64,000 bases of DNA from Paraspadella gotoi (taxonomy: Eukaryota; Animalia; Chaetognatha): positions 16,707,777 to 16,771,776 of the forward strand of contig CM119263.1 of NCBI GenBank assembly GCA_051294375.1, in the 5' to 3' direction. How positions within the stretch are numbered: position 1 is the stretch's first letter; the number at the start of each line of letters is the position of its first letter. Position numbers and translations under genes: made by a program. Positions 25,758 through 38,535 of the stretch are shown piece by piece. The notes beneath the pieces are model-generated. The model searched no databases and was not told the DNA's origin. It saw only the letters and a program-made list of their open reading frames with translations.

Positions 25758-26711
25758 ATATTATTGAGCATTTGATTCCACTCTCTTTGTTGATCCACTC
25801 TTATTTTACTCTTAAAAAGCTTTGGTTTCCTTACCGCCACATAACTCAGCGCCGAATGATTATGAAATGCACTTGATCCATCAACAATTTCGTCCAGAAA
25901 ACCTGGTGGAGTTTTTGAATTCAGAATTGTCAGATCATTGAATAAGAGAGGTGAAAATGGTTGGTCTTGACTAGATGAAGGGTGGAATCTTTTAAAATCC
26001 CAAACTTCTTTTTCTGACTCACATAATAAGGGGGGTGGTGGAACTGGCTTTGAAGATGATCTGTCCCTCTGAGTCTCGAAGCAGAGTCATTGTTGCCGCG
26101 CCGTTCATCATATATAGTTCATAATACGACTTCTTTGTAAGTTTGTTATGATTTTTTTTACTTTGATATTATTTTTACGTATTTTACTCTACAGTTGGTA
26201 TATATGTATTTAAAAATAGTAGTTTTGATACTTTATATAAACTATTTGTTATTGTTACCTTTTCATGCTTGTTAGAGAATAGATAAAATTGATGAAATTG
26301 ATTACATGGTTAAAGAATTAATGCAATTGATTGCCATTGTTTGTACCATTATCTAATAAAACGTGCTTAAATAAATAGCCAAAGTTTAGTTTTTCCTGGT
26401 TTTCCTGATTTTCCCAACTGTAGTTTGAATTAAAATTTAGAAATAAATCTCATTAAGATCATTTTAGTGGGAATAAATCGTGTCTTGGCATAGTTGCTGT
26501 TTCTGCATATCATAAGTAGAACAGAAGTAATGGGTAAGTTAGTTTTTTATATCAGAAAGAAGTACTGAGAAAATGCTAGTCCGTCAATCAACGGAGTCAG
26601 CAAGTAAAAGATTAAAAAAAGTAAAAACGGAAAATCTATCTATGTACGATGTTACAATGTTTTTCAAAATTGCTGTTATAATTGCCAAATTTTGGTATTG
26701 CTGATTTTGTT

Positions 26712-26719
26712 TTACGTAA
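26712..26719. promoter_or_regulatory. Candidate D-box / V-P box (PAR-bZIP site) upstream of CLOCK
   Basis: Palindromic TTACGTAA ~90 bp upstream of the CLOCK ATG; a second copy at 27314-27321 in intron 2. Confidence 0.35.
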
Positions 26720-26808
26720 TATTTGCCTGTCCTTCAGTATTAATGATTCAAAATGACAAATCTTATTCTTCTCACACACGGTTACAAACTATTGTGGACC
26801 TCTTAGAA

Positions 26809-29800
26809 ATGGCCGACGACGACGAAGCAGCATCGGGTTCGTTGAGAAATGAGCTTTTTTAGTGCCACTCGACAGGACAAATTACCGCCTGTTATTTGCT
26901 AGTTTCAGAATTTCGGATCTAAGTGTAGTCCGCCACTACAGGTGGGTTAGACGTCCCGTCTCGCTTACTAGCATTGATACCAATGGGGCGTGAACCCTAG
27001 ACCGCATGGTGGGAAGAGAGAATTCTCACTCTTGAGCCAGGGGAGCTGCACTGATGGGTGGCGATAGTGAATGTGTTGCCACACTTTCTTTATTTTGTTA
27101 TGTTGAGAAATGAAAAGTAAATTAGTTTTTTTTTGTTTTCTGGGTCTTCTCCCCTACCTGGAAATTTCAGGCCTAAGCCAATCCAGTTGCATAAAGACGA
27201 GGAATCTCAGCGAGAAACGACGGCGAGACCAGTTCAACTCTTTGGTCGCTGAGTTGGGTGCCATCGTGTCGAAAGGTCGGTCAAAGGTTATTCAATATTC
27301 ATATGATAAATCTTTACGTAAGATACATGCACACATCGTCCTAACTATAGTTTTGTTGCCTGACAAAAATAATTGGTACTACAATTAGTTTAAAAACATT
27401 ATTTCAAATTGTTCAACAATGTTTTTTTACGTTAAGTATGACTATAAGACCGAGGGGAATTATCAAATAAGCGACATAATTATTAATGTGATTAACGTGA
27501 TTAATTTAATCACATTCTCATCCTCGTCAATGGCTGAGCTGGCTAAATCGTCCCCAATTCAATCTTTGGGTAAAATGGGTAATTGGGTAATTGGGTATCT
27601 TTATTTCGGCTTAACAACGGGCCCTTTCCCAATCACAATCAGATACCGGTGAAAGGGACTCATTTCCTCCCTCCCTCTTCCACGTTTACCCTTCAACATG
27701 AACAGATGGCAAAAAGCTGGACAAATCGGGAATCCTCCGCGCCACCATCTCCTTCCTCCGCGGCCACAACGAGTCGATGGAGCGGCATCGCCTCTTCGAG
27801 ATCGACGCCGACTGGAAGCCGCCCTTCCTTTCCAACGACGAGTTCTCCCACATCATGATGGAAGCCGTCGACGCCTTCTGTGTTTCCTTCAAGACGGTGA
27901 TTTTCTTTCTTCTTACATTTTTTCCTGGCATTCCAATTTTTGTTGAGTTGTCCTTGTTATTGTTTTTTGTTGACCAGTAGTAGTACATATATTTTCACTC
28001 GGCATCCCGCCAATCGATCGTTCATCCTTCGCAACCTTTAAAAGTATTCATAGCCCTCCCCGTACTCCGTCCTTATTCAACAGAGCGGAACGATCCTCCA
28101 CCTGTCGTCGACGATTACCTCCCTGCTGCACCTGCTTCCCAAGGATCTGATCGGCACCGACTTTTTCGATCTCGTCCACGTCGACGATCGCGTCGGGATC
28201 AAGAAGAGGCTCGAATCTGCGGCTTTGGAGGAACAAGAAGAGGTCGGAGCTGGTGACGGGGCGCAGCGTTATTGCATATTTAGTAAAAGGATTTTTTAAA
28301 AATAATTATAGACAATTACTCATTGATCGGATGTTGATTTTTAAACAAGTTTTTTTGCTCGACCTTGAATTCGGATCACAATCGATGACGACGATGACGT
28401 TAAGACTAAACGGATTCTGATGATGACGATAATACGTAACTAATTCTCAGAGTTTGTAAATATTGAATAATCTTTTCAATGAAGATGGCTATGATATTGG
28501 CTCTACTTATGATTCAATTGCAACGGCACGATGGAAACCGATTCGTTTCGCTTTAGGTGGAATTTCAATGTCATCTTCGGTCTAACTTGGAGGAAGAAGG
28601 GGAAGCTCGTTATGAACCAGTATCGTTTCTGGGAATTCTGCGGCGGCAAGGCTTTGTCATCTTTGAAGAATGCCGAGTTCAATATGATCTTCTTGTTTGA
28701 TTGTTTGTTTGTTTTAGTCAGTGGAGGAAACTGATGTTTTGTGCCTAATGCGTACGTAAACACTATTGAGAGTTTTTGTTAGCTTAATAAATAACTTTTA
28801 AAGCTTTCAAATATTAATATCTAATGCTCATGCTCATCTATAATGGTTTGAAACCGACTGAACCGATTTACAAGAATCGTTAAAATAAAGGCAATTATTT
28901 ACAGCATTGAAAAAAACAAGCAATTATGGCAATCAACATTGTTAACAGTGTACATAAATTAACGGCATGAGCAATACGCGTGGTCCACTTCGAAAAAATC
29001 GTACAACTACTCATCAAATCAACGGTCGCGCTCATTGAGCATCATTGTCGTCGGGGAGTTCCATCTCGCAGATGAAACTAAACTTTGCAGTGCACCTGTA
29101 GTCTCGCCACGAGTGCTGCACCTTAAAGGTCTCTACGTCCTGCATAAGCAAGCAGGTGTTGCCCTTGAATTCCGGCTTTCCGTCTCGCCACGAGGGATGG
29201 AATCTGCTGATCTCCGTCCCGTTCCTGATCCACCGCCACGCCCCGGCCGCGCCTTCACTCCGGGCGCCGAGCCAGTGGAACCGGTCCGGATCCGCGCGAG
29301 CCACGGCGTCGTAGAGATGTCGCCATTCGTCGTCGTCGTCGCAGGAGGCCAAATCAGCGCCATATCCTTGGCAGATGCGACGCGCCGCGTTCCACGACGC
29401 GGGCGTCGGGCTGGCGAAGTACCACGAGTTACGAAACGGCGTCATGGGTCCGATGAAGCCATGCGCCGTGAATTCGTCCAGGAAGCAGCGAGTGCCGTCG
29501 CCTAGGTAACCTGGGTCGCAAGCGCAGGTCATCATGCCGCCCTGCTGGACGCATCGGGCATTATGGGAGCAGGAGAAGCATGTCAGAATGGCTGTGAAAC
29601 GGGAGAAAGGGAAATATAATTTGCTATGCCCTCCTTATTAATCAGAAAGCCTTCGTTGTAAATCGGAGAAGCTTTTTCGTTGTCTTAAACCAACCGTCGA
29701 GCACCCTCTCTTGCTTCTGCTGCCGAGCGTTTTCGTTTCTGAGTTCCGCCAAGATGCTCGACAACACTTGATTCTGCTCTTTGACGAGTCGCTTCACGTC

Positions 29801-31857
29801 GCGTCTCGTCTCTCGCGTCAAATGAGAATAGGGGTCGCTGGTGCCTGGGAAGTAGGGTGGTTACAAAACGGAGGGAAAAAAATTAAACCGTCTTCACAGG
29901 TGTTCGATCGAGTCTATTAGAAATTAAAAAAAAAAAAAAACTCCCCAAACTGAGCTGTGAATTTTTTTTCTTTGAAATTGATCGATCGATTTTTTATCAT
30001 GGAGGACGACGACGATCTCTCGGAGATGGTCTCAATTAATCGTGTGTGTCGATTGCCATTGCGTATTAATTTCGATCGTGCGATCTCATAGTGCGTAGTT
30101 GTTTTGAGGCTATCGTATTATTAAATTGTTCATTATTCGGATTGTGAGAGGATGGTAAAACATACTTTTGTATTTCAGTTACGTTGTTTTTTTTCTCTTT
30201 CGTCACTTTTTGAGATTTAGAAAAAAACATAAAAATAAAATTGTAAGTAAAACTTTCCAAATTTCAGAATTTATTTTTAAAAAAATATTCGGTAGTTAAT
30301 AAGTTATATATTAAGGTTAATTAGTTTTATTTTACACGTTTAAAAAAAAATTTATAATATGTAAAAAAAGTCAAAAGGAGACAAAAGGAAAACGCTTACT
30401 TTACATTTATTGCAGTAGTTCATGGATGTAGCATTTATGATTTCCAAAGCATTTATATCTAAAAATTTATCAGTAAGTCGGCTAACCATGTATTTTTAAA
30501 AAAAATTACTCCTTACAACATTAGGATTACCTTTTTTAAAGTCGCGAGCTGCGATCCCCGACTCTCGCGACAACATTGTTGTTGACAACAGCAAGAAAAT
30601 CAAAAGTTTTCCCGACATTTTTGTTACGCAGTAAATGTAGTTCGTGGTGCAGGTGTTGTATCGGAGTGATTGTTAATCTTTATCCTTCGTTGGATTCAAT
30701 TCTCTTGTGCATTTTTTTTTCCTATTCTGTTCTCTTCGACTCCGAGGGGAAAATTTATGTCTGCATCAAAACATCGTCGATACGAAGGGGACAACGATGA
30801 TGGCGATTATAAAAAACATTGAGTTTTTTTTTAATGTTGCTTTTTCGTTAGTCAACTTTTTTTTCTACATCGCAGACGAGATAAATGAAAATACAGGATG
30901 GCGAGGATCGACTTTTTTATCGGGTTGTCTTCCGTAGACTGATGTCTTTGAAAATCGAACAAAATTGTATTTTCTATTCTTTGTCCATCAATTTTTGATT
31001 TGTTGTCGAAAACTGTTTTTAAGTTATATAATCCAAATGTTTTGGACTTGAAAGAAGTTTAGGTTTAGGTACAAGTTAAAAAAATTAACAACCACTCTCA
31101 AGTTCTGTGTAGCGATATAACGTTTTATAGTTTAGAAAAATTAATTAATTCAATCTTCTATTTAACAGAAAATGCGGAATTTAGCTTTCTCGGAACCGGT
31201 CGCCTCTCCTCGCCCACTGTAAATGTAAGGATACATTTGAAAAGAATTAAATTTAAAATATTTAAAACTACCCTGTAAGTGCAAGCCACCCACAGTTTGA
31301 TAATTTCGTTAGAAAAAAAAAAAAACTCTTGTTTTCCTCCTCGGGTTTGTTTTTTCAATTTTTCACTTTCTTTATTCAGCTGCTGAAAGAAGTGACTTTG
31401 ATAGAACCGAGCGGCAAAGATCTGGAGTTCACTTCTCGTCACTCGCTCGAATGGAAATTTTTGTTTCTCGATTCCAAAGCCTCACCCATTATAGGTGAGG
31501 TGGGGAGTCGGACGGAAAGGTCAACAAACTTGGTTTACTATATTTCCTCTTCCTTTACACCAAATGCGTTGTATTCAGGATACATGCCGTTCGAAATATT
31601 GGGCCATTCAGGCTACGAGTACATTCATATGGACGACTTAGCAGATTTGGTTTTGTGTCACGAAGAGCTACTGCGAAAAGGGGAAGGCAACTCTGGTTAT
31701 TACAGGTGAGAAATTTTAAGCCTTTTGCTATATATATGACCTTTTTCGTTTTTGTGAGTTAAAACAAAATCAGAATTTTGAAAGGGGAGAGAGAGAGAGA
31801 GAGAGAAGAGAGAGGAGAGAGAGAGGAGAGAGAGAGAAGAGAGAGAGAGGAAAGAGA

Positions 31858-31890
<33 letters not shown>

Positions 31891-34800
31891 CTGCGTCATT
31901 GTAATACGTTTTCGGATCTTTTGCCTCAATTTAAATTTACAACTCTGTCAATTCGCGACGAAAGAAGTAAAATTTTTCCCAAAGTTTAATTTAAATGTAA
32001 ATATATGTTAAACTTGTCTTTCTTTTTGGAGATGCAAGCAGGATCACCGACTTTTTTCGAATTGCAGATTTTTAAGCAAAGGCCAGCAATACATTTGGCT
32101 CAAAACCCACTACTACATCACCTACCATCAGTGGAACTCCCGGCCTGAGTTCATTATGTGCAAACATCAAGTCAAAACTTACGAAGAAGTTTTGGAAGGA
32201 AGAAAAATGGAATCTGCCGGTAAGTTATTTAGGATATATCCCTTTTCTCCCACTCTCTCTCTTTTTAGTTGCGCCCCAAGGGCTCGCGAAGCATCTTTAC
32301 AAGACACGAGGGTGTCTTTCGGTCGGTTGCCCTCTTCTGTTTAAATTCTAATAACTTTCGTATTACTTTTTTATTGATATTTAGAAAATAGTAGAAGTTA
32401 AAATACCATAGTAAGATCCTCCTTGGGAATGTGTTTCATACTTGTGTCGTCACGTGATCACGCGAAATTAAAGTTAACGCGTCGCAAAACCTTGGAATTT
32501 AGTTTCTTTCTTTCTTTCTTTCCTTCTTTCTGTCTATTTTTCTTTTCCTATTTATCTTAAATTTCACCCAGTCCGGCAACCCTCCGAGGCTCAGCGCCGA
32601 CTCGATCGCCGGAAGCGAGAGGAGGAGGCGCGGTGCGAGATGGAGGATCCCTCGGAAGAAGGGATGGAGTTGTCGGAGGAGGCACTGCAGCGGATGGACA
32701 GGAAACACCGCAGGAACTCGGGTGGCAGCAGCAGCGGTCGCAGCGGCTCGTCGAAAAAGAAGAGGAGAAGGGACAAGGACGAGGTAAGTGAGGAAGGTGG
32801 GAGATAGATGAGCGAGAGAGGCTCAGCCTTAGTGTCACCTCGTAGATTCGAGCAGCGGACATCTGATGCTTCTGCCATTCGCTTCGGTTTTATTCATGGC
32901 GTATGAAGTGCGTTCACGTTCGATAGTTGTGGCTCCTGTTCAACAAGATGGATAACGACAGCAACATTTCAGTATCGCATATTCGATAATTTTTTTTTTT
33001 TTGCATTTTTTACAAGATATCTTTGATATTAGAATTAGTTTCATACCGAATGATCCCTTGGAACCGTCAAAGTTTTTCATTTGTAACTTGTTTAAATAAG
33101 TAATTATATATTCTATGTTCCCATCAATATTTTTCTTACCCGGCCTCACCCTCCCCCATCCAGATCACGTCGAGAACTTCCGGCTCGTCCGCCGGACGTT
33201 CATCAACCGGACGATCGGCCACCGACGAAATCTCCGTCCGGTCGTCGGCGTTGAGAGAATTTTTGAGAAACACGAAGGGAGGTGAGTAGTTTTGATATAA
33301 ATCAAATCAATCAATCAATCAATTCATTCAATAAATCCAATTTGCCTAATCGGCAAATCTGATATAAATAAATATATCAATAAATCAATCATTCAATCAA
33401 TAAAATGAAGTAAAATGAAATAAATAATCATATCAATTAATTAATTAATCCGATGAATTTATCGCATAATAAACTAACACTCAATCAATTCATACAATCA
33501 ATTTAATCAATAAACTCGGTCAAATTTACCGTTCCCGTTTCAGATACAAAATCTTTGAAACTCATCGCGCCATCGACTTCTACAGCAACAGCATCATCAT
33601 CGACTTACCCTTCATCGTCGGGCGTAGAAGCCTCGGCGACGACGACGACGACGTCGACGTCGAGTTCTTCGTCCAAGTCGGCCTCGTCGCAAAACTTTGT
33701 GCGAAACATTGCGAATTTGCTGCAGTCGCGAGGGACGCAGGGGATGCCGCTCTCAATCAAGAATATTCTCGAATGGGAAAAAGCTGGTGAGGATTTTACA
33801 TTTTTTTAAAAAAATTTTTGTTTTTTTATATTTTCGAATCTTTTATTTAACAGGTAAACTGACCGGGTCTCAAAGCAAAGCCCTCACGGTTCGGGATCAG
33901 CTGATGGCGAGACAGCGGCTGCAGGAACGACAAGTGGGTGGACAGGAGCAAGGGACGAACAACGCAGGTAGAATCGTTTCGTGACCCAACAGGCGAGAAC
34001 TCTTATTTTTTTAAAAATTAAATTCCAATACGCTCCTCTATCAAGGGACTCAAATCTCTTTCGCCCTGGACCCGAAAATCGCTCGACTAATGTCCTCCGT
34101 CGCCGCCACTTCCGCCACGCTCTCCGAAGCGCTTATCGCGTCTCCAGTCATCGCCTCCTCCAATTTCTCTCCCGCCGTCATCGTCACTTCTTCGATTCTC
34201 TCTCCGTCGGCGGTGACAACGCCGACGGCGGCGTTGGCGACGTCCTCCACGCTCTCGCCAACAGCAGTGATCGCGACTCCAGCGACGTCGACGACGCCTA
34301 AAATGCCGGCCACGCCTACTCTCCTCAACGCCGCGCAAAAACTCATACAGGTCTTTCTTGTAATTTCGAATTGTCCAACCTTTCGCCAATTTATCGTCAT
34401 TGGGCAACAATTTAAAAACCTTTTAAAATCCAGGAACAACTGATACAAAAGCACAACATGCTTCAGCAGCAGATAAAGAAGCAGCAAGAGGACTTACGCA
34501 TTGTGACGGAGCAGTTGGCATTGTTGCAGCAGATGGAAGCCTTGGCGCAAGTGCCGGATTCTGCCGTCGCCGGTGCCGGGGTCGCCGGTCCAGGGTTATT
34601 CAGCGGCGGAACTGTGGGCGGAGCCGTTGGAGGGAGCGTCGATTCTGGCGGTGTGGTTGCGGACAGCGTGGTGGGTGGGTCGGTGGTGTCGAGCAGCACC
34701 GTAGGAGGCGGTGTCGGGAGCGTAACAGTCCAAGCGGCGGAAACTGACACAGGTTAGTGTAATTTCATGGAAATCCTGTCCTTCATCTTTTAACATGTTT

Positions 34801-35488
34801 ATGGTTGGTCTTGGGATGATCTTTGCCATGAAATGATCTTCATCTTTATGACCTCCTTTTCCCAGTCGTACCCTCTCAACTCTCGACTCTGATTCAACTC
34901 CACCCCGCTCCTCTCGTCCAACTCTCGCGACCCGAAGCGACGCCTCTCGTTCAACTCAAAGCCTCGCCCATCTCCGCTCAGCCGCAGGTCGTTTTTCTCC
35001 CCGGCGAATCTCCCGCGCTATCCGTCTCGTCGCAGCAGCAGACGTTGCAGCAATTGTCGCCGCCCAAGTCGTCGAACCTCAATCCGCCCGGTGTCGTCGT
35101 CGCGTCGGAGGAAACGACGACGACCACAGCGTCGAAAGCGGACGGAGGCGGCGCCGTTTCCGTACAATCCGGCGCGGCAATAGGAAAAGGGGAGAATTCA
35201 TCTCGCCGCGAAATCCCGACGACGACCTCGACGACGACGCTAAGAGTATCCGGCGTCGTCAACGCCGGTCATTCCATTTTCGTGCCAGTCACGCCAGCTC
35301 CGGCGTCTCTCTCTCTCCCCATCGGCCAATTCGTTGTGTCTCCGGCTACTCAGTCCACGCCCTCGATCACGGAAGCGGAAGTTAATACGGGGACTCGTGC
35401 GGGCGGGGAAGGGCAGACGACGGCGGTCGGACCGGAAGGGCAGAGCGAAGCAAAAGGAAAAGGAAAGGCTGATGAACGCGCATTATAA
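26809..35488 (+). CDS. CLOCK: Circadian bHLH-PAS transcription factor CLOCK (~16-17 exons)
   Basis: b[22 protein letters not shown] (27171-27274), [15 protein letters not shown]...[12 protein letters not shown] (27706-27896) and PAS-A (28084-, 28557-). [64 protein letters not shown]. Exon-19-like coil [24 protein letters not shown] (34433-); stop at 35486-35488. Confidence 0.95.
26906..27046 (-). mobile_element. tRNA-derived SINE-like element, copy 2 (CLOCK intron 1)
   Basis: Minus strand A-box-like TGGCTCAAGAGTG and B-box-like GGTTCACGCCCC. Shares ttcggatc...tgta...cccgtc...gaaccc..gacc..atggt.gg with 5627-5768. Confidence 0.65.
29032..30618 (-). CDS. Secreted coiled-coil + EGF + C-type lectin protein, 265 aa, nested in a CLOCK intron (exons 30618-30531, 29844-29695, 29591-29032)
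   Basis: Signal peptide [17 protein letters not shown]; helical [31 protein letters not shown]; EGF CSHNARC...[14 protein letters not shown]; [19 protein letters not shown]...WLG...WRW...C...WRDYRC....FICE. Phase-1 GT-AG introns join in frame. Confidence 0.9.
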
Positions 35489-36459
35489 AGATATGAACTA
35501 TTGTTGTACTTAAGAGCCGAAAATTGGTCGTATAAGGTGATTGTGATACTTTTATTTGTAGTTCTGATGGTGGTTTTATTTATTATCGATGGCCTGGCCG
35601 TTTAATTACCGTAGATTTAATACCTATGTATTATGTAAATTGCCTTTTGCCCGAAACCTGACCGAAATAACTTGAAAGTTTAAATTTACGTATGTCTTTT
35701 CTCAAATCAAATTCATTCCGTTCCTATTTGCAAAAGCTTGAGGTTTTACAAGGTAGTATTGTAATTAATAGAAAGTTGATAAGTGATAACGTAGAAATTA
35801 TTATATTTTTATTCGCTATAATGTGATTAAAGGAAAACATCCAATTCCAAATCAATTTAAGTCAATATCCTGAAGTTTCGATCTTAGTCTTCTCATTTTT
35901 GAAACTCTTTCTAGTCATTTACATCATCTATTTTTGTACATCATCATATCAAGATGTTGTGCTTAACGAACTGCCTAAAATTTTACTTTTAATAATGTAT
36001 TTTTGCTGCGAAATAAAACTCATATGGTGTAATTTTTTTTGCAACAACTTGTATTTTAAAACTACTTAGTACACTAATTAAAAAACTACAAATTCCTGTA
36101 CTCTAAATACAGTATACGCAAGAAATTAACGCTTTGAGCGAAAATTTAAAAAAAGCAATTTAAAATTTAAAAAGCAAGTTAAAATTTAGACATTATGTGT
36201 AAATCCTTTCTTTTTCGTTGTGTTTGTAGATTAAAGGAATAGTTTGAATATTTTTGCAACAAACAAATAAATTTAATAATTAACATCTCGTGTAAGAGAT
36301 TAAAAGTCACGAAAATGACTTTCCTTTTACTTCATTTTACTTGCTTTCCAATCGTCCCGTATTTTCTTATCCGTGCACTTTTTCTCAATGAATCTCTTAA
36401 GTATCCTCGCTGGTCGCTAAGAGACGCCCGCGCTCATCCAAGTCGCGATAAAATCTGTT

Positions 36460-38489
36460 TTATAAATACCAATTGTGACGCTTTACGATCGAAGACTCTG
36501 CGGGTTGATGGAAAGACGCGGACGAGTAGTTAGAAGTCGACCTTGAGATATGTGGGCGGAACGGGGACCTACCGCCGCTGAAGCCTCTGCTGTTGCATGC
36601 GCTGCTGCCCTTGCTGCCTTCCTGACGCGTTTCGTGGGAAAACGTCGAGGCGAATTTTGGTAGGGTGGGGCTTCCATCTGGCTTGGCGTAGCAGGTGTGC
36701 TGCTGTGGTTGTGTCGTTGATTGCGCATTCTGCGGCGAGGTGGCAATAGGCGGCGGTGCGGCCGTGCTTGCGGGTAGTGAGTGAGGCGAATTTTCATAAT
36801 GCTGTTGTAAGCTGGAAAAAGGTTTATGAAGATAAGGCACGGTCCCATTTAGGGAATTCGGGATATGAGAGATGGACGAATACCCGTATTGAGGGTAGAT
36901 GTGAGAATTGTAGTAAGAATTGACTCCGTAATATTGGTTTCGGTAAGTTCGATAAGTATGATAAGCTGGGTAGTAGCTCGAAGGTGTTAAGCTTGGCAGA
37001 GGAGTTTGGACGCCTGAAGGTGCGCCTTCGCGGGCAAAGCTCGTCGTAGAATCTTGACGTTGAGTACCGAGTGAAGCTACTGAAGAGCCACACTGACGGA
37101 CTGCATCAGAACCGAAATATGAGGCGCTTGCGTTCCCACAATCAGATTTTAAAGTGGAGAATGAGGTAGATGTAACAGAGGTAGAATCTGCGGCGCTATA
37201 AGAATTGGAGGCGTTCGCGGCGCCCCCATTCGAGAGAACGTGGTCGGCGGGGGAGAATTTCGATGTCGCACTCTGTGATCGGGAAAGGGGATCATCTGCG
37301 GTGTCTTTTGTTCCTTGTCGATGAGCGAGGGCAGAAACGGCGCTGCCGGCGCTCTTGCATTGTGGCGCCATCGTCTTCGAGCCGGCTTCAATTTGCGCCG
37401 CTTTTATCTTAATTGCCAACTGACGTTTCAACTTCATGCGACGATTCTGAAACCACGTTTTCACCTTCGGGGTAGAGAGCAAAAAAAAAAGTAAGTATTA
37501 TTAAAGTAATCATTATGTTTATAAATTAATTAATAAATTCATTTCGTGTTTTTTAACCTGCATATCGCCGATCCCCAATTGATCCGCCAAAGCCTTTCGC
37601 TCATGTCGTTCCAAGTATTTCTTCAAAGCGAAGCTCGCCTCCAACACAAGAACGACTTCGCGCGGGAAGGCAAGCTTCTTACTTCGGTTGCGATTGGAGG
37701 AAAAGTATGGAATGCGACTTGGGGAGTTGAATGTCGGATTCCCATCGCATAAGCTATCTAGTTTTCTATCGGCAGGTTCTTCCGTTTCGGACGTTTCTTT
37801 TTCTTTTTGAAAATCGAACACTTCGTCCGGAGGCGTTGTCTCCACCGTCTGCGATGGAAGCGTCGATTCTTCTAGGGGCGCAGGGACGGGGAGTCGAGTC
37901 CCTTCGTTATTCAAGTTGTCGTTCTTACTTTTATTTTCGTTTTTCCCGAATTCGATCTCCCGCTCGGTGCCTCTCGAGTCGTCATCCTCCTCTTCATTTT
38001 CCTCCTCCTCCTCGTCATCCTTTTTTTTGCTTCGTTTAACGACGACCGCGGGGGGCGTTGCGAGCGTCGCCGGCTCGTCGTCGTCGTCGTCGTCGTCGTG
38101 GCCTCCGACGTCGTTGACTTTGCCGTTTGTATTTTGTTTACCTTCGATTACGAAGGAGAAAAAAGAGTCGGGAGAGGGCGGGAGGGAGAGGGAGGCGTAG
38201 GAGGAATGGATGGAGGGGAAGTCGGAGATGGGGGTGGAGGAGAACGGGGTCGCGGAGACGGCGTCTCTCTGCTGGAATTTGTTATGCGGCCGAGCAAACG
38301 GTTTTCCGCCCAACGATGAGTCTTTGTCAACGTTAGCGTCGGCGTCTGCGTTGTCGTCGTTGTTGTTGTTGCTGTTCTCGTTCTCTACTTTTTCGCCGTC
38401 GTAAATTTTGCCTGACGCGATGACGAGACGCTCCGAAGGTTTTTCACCTGGAAAAAAGGAGGGGGAGGGGAAGATAATTGGATAAGAAC

Positions 38490-38535
<46 letters not shown>

